Assembly: GCA_965202585.1 (NCBI GenBank)
Contig: OZ241831.1
Location: 52,948,001-53,012,000, forward strand
Direction of reading: 5' to 3'
Source: Thalia democratica
Taxonomy: Eukaryota
DNA length: 64,000 nucleotides
The translations under genes were made by a program, and so were the position numbers. The notes below the pieces were generated by a model that saw only the letters and a list, made by a program, of their open reading frames with translations, was not told the origin of the DNA and did not search any database. This document shows positions 63,174-64,000 of this stretch, in pieces; position 1 is the stretch's first letter, and each line of letters starts with the position of its first letter.

Positions 63174-63208
63174 CTTGATGCCGGATTTCAAAACAGACTT
63201 TTTTTATG
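63174..63208 (-). promoter_or_regulatory. Core promoter of copy 4 (CATAAAA from 63208, Inr A at 63176); acceptor AG at 63034-63035 with CTAAC at 63049-63053
   Basis: Homologous to the other copies, with 32-nt spacing. Confidence 0.45.
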
Positions 63209-64000
63209 CGCGTTTCCTTAAATTTTAGGATCATTCTAGAGCGAGAGGAAAATTCAAGATAAAATGATTTTTAGTATTATCAATAATTTTTTTTTATTGT
63301 AGCCCATCATAACATAATAACATTTTCCGAATAAAATACCTAAAAAGTCTATAGCTCTCTGTTTGGTACATTCAAAAAGTGACACTAATAAAAAAAGTAA
63401 ATAAACAGCATTTTTTACTGAAGAAAGTCGCATTATTATTGACTAATTTCTGACATTAGACATTCAACGTTAAAGTTCAATATTCAAAGTATTACGAATA
63501 TTTAAGCTACGAAACATGACATTTTTGTTTAAAAATTAAATACAATAAGAGTTAAACCTGACAGTCTACTAAGCAATAGTTGATTCAAATTAAAATCTTT
63601 TTTTTAAATTAATTAATCATAGAAAAAAGTTATAGGGCAATTTTTTAATTAGGATTTACATGAAATAAATAACTCGAGATAGTATTTACTTTTTAGAGTT
63701 AAGAAACTGTTGTTAACTACTAAGGATAAATCAGCAGTGTAATTTTTTTTTATAAAATGCAATTTTTTGCTGCCATTTGTTTAGTTGTTTCACGAAAAAT
63801 ATAACTGGGTTGTCATTTTTGCAGAAAATAAAAAAGGAGCTTGTGTGACCAAAAACATATCTGAAGATTTTTCAAAAAAGCCTGAGTCTGCTAAAATTAA
63901 TGATAAAAAACAATAGCTTGAATTTATTGCAACCCTGAAATTGCTAAAAACTGTTTAATTACTTTAAATCTTAAATATTTTTATAAGGCATAATACAAAA

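Overview
This is a very AT-rich eukaryotic window, probably from an invertebrate animal. The composition and repeat style suggest a cnidarian such as Hydra, but that is inference only. There are no prokaryotic features, rRNA, tRNA or CRISPR arrays that I can support. The dominant feature is a head-to-tail tandem array of four paralogous minus-strand genes with intronless CDSs. They encode a protein made of two ADP-ribosyltransferase (PARP/ARTD-fold) modules: an N-terminal module with intact H-G-T and G-x-G-x-Y NAD-binding motifs, and a C-terminal degenerate pseudo-ART module. Copy 1 (2586-4286) is intact. Copy 2 (24395-26090) has a 1-nt frameshift exactly between the two modules. Copy 3 (40905-41196) is a truncated 5' remnant. 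Copy 4 (61317-63018) has a 5' frameshift, a new downstream ATG and a G>E change in the NAD motif. All four share a TATA+Inr core promoter and a splice acceptor just upstream of the ATG with no good donor, which may be a trans-splicing outron. Several kb of paralogous flanking DNA accompany the copies. A two-exon AN1 zinc-finger gene (ZFAND2/AIRAP-like) sits inside the array. The rest is non-autonomous DNA transposons (hAT-type MITEs with 8-bp and 6-bp TSDs, and foldback elements built of ttttgcacga repeats), a ~158-bp satellite, a 32-bp minisatellite with higher-order structure, decayed ORF remnants (bZIP-like, hAT transposase) and one near-perfect 51-nt hairpin.
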